64,000 nt of DNA from assembly GCF_001194135.2 (NCBI RefSeq), contig NC_068986.1, positions 38,291,612 through 38,355,611 of the forward strand. Reading direction: 5' to 3'. The notes under the pieces were generated by a model, which saw only the letters and a program-made list of their open reading frames with translations, was not told the DNA's origin and made no database searches. A program made the translations under genes and the position numbers. Of the stretch, positions 63,353 to 64,000 are shown piece by piece. The stretch is from Octopus bimaculoides. Lineage: Eukaryota. Position 1 is the stretch's first letter. Each line of letters begins with the position of its first letter.

Positions 63353-63570
63353 GGGTACAGGATGACATCAACTGTGCAAACTACATGAAATACATAAATA
63401 GACAAGATAAATACGTAAACAGCAAGAGAAAAAATGGAAAACAGGACAAGTAAACACGGAGAAAGTACCCTTCATCAGTTGTCAGCTGTCTATCTACTCC
63501 TTGTTTCGAGGATTCAATGATGAGTCTTCAAAGACAATTGCTCCCATAGATTCTAAAATAAAATATGTAT
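62670..63570 (-). mobile_element. Two tandem copies (62670-62870, 63352-63570) of a Penelope-like terminal repeat
   Basis: Direct copies ggtacagga..cccttcatca..tttcgag..tgctcccata, each after a (TA)n tract; minus strand has TGATGAAG and CGAAA motifs typical of PLE ends. Family call is inference. Confidence 0.45.
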
Positions 63571-63854
63571 CTATATACATATAAAAAGTAAACTATAGTT
63601 TACCAAGTTACAACAGGTATATAGTCCATTTTTTGTTCTATAGTGCATTGTTATACCTTCCTAAACTTTTTATTCTTTACAAACAATACACAATGCTTCA
63701 AGTGAACTACAGTACTCTCCTATATACATATGTATGTATATCTATATATGTGTGTATGTGTACGTATATATATGTAAATGTATATGTGTATATATATGCA
63801 TGTATATATGTATATAAATGAGTATATATGTGTATATGTCTATACATATATGTA

Positions 63855-64000
63855 CAGTGGGGGAAAATAAATATTCATACAGGTCAAAATTATTTATTTA
63901 TTTAATTTCTAATGAACATAAATGGGATATACCAATACTATATTTGCATACACATGCATAAACTAAGAATATGCAAAAGAAATTAATAAATTATAGTAAC
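63855..64000 (+). mobile_element. Probable Tc1-like TIR, truncated by window end
   Basis: TA|CAGTGGGGGAAAATAAATATTCATAC resembles Tc1-type termini; partner TIR not in window. Confidence 0.45.

Overview
AT-rich, repeat-dense eukaryotic genomic DNA with 8 N-gaps. The repeat repertoire points to an octopod cephalopod, probably Octopus (inference). The window lies inside one + strand gene, an OSBPL8/OSBPL5-type (ORP8/ORP5) oxysterol-binding-protein-related lipid transporter. I spliced 15 GT-AG exons by hand (2672-56137) into one phase-consistent frame of 549 codons. It covers the N-terminus, PH domain, acidic linker and the first half of the ORD (LPTFILE lid motif, EQ|ISHHPP signature); the rest of the ORD and the TM anchor were not found here. 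Introns hold RTE, Tx1/L1 and CR1-like LINE fragments, three tRNA-derived SINE types, TTAA (piggyBac-type), TA and hAT MITEs, Helentron-like and foldback elements, Penelope-like remnants and microsatellites. Nearly all ORFs in the supplied track are artefacts of repeats, microsatellites or gaps. Best leads: an inverted pair of type I hammerhead ribozyme motifs (27441-27584), a candidate alternative first exon for a short ORP8 isoform (MFLQMDK, 23622-23642), an in-frame uORF, a candidate poison exon, a self-nested MITE, and several perfect intronic hairpins. No database searches were run; family names come from recognised motifs.
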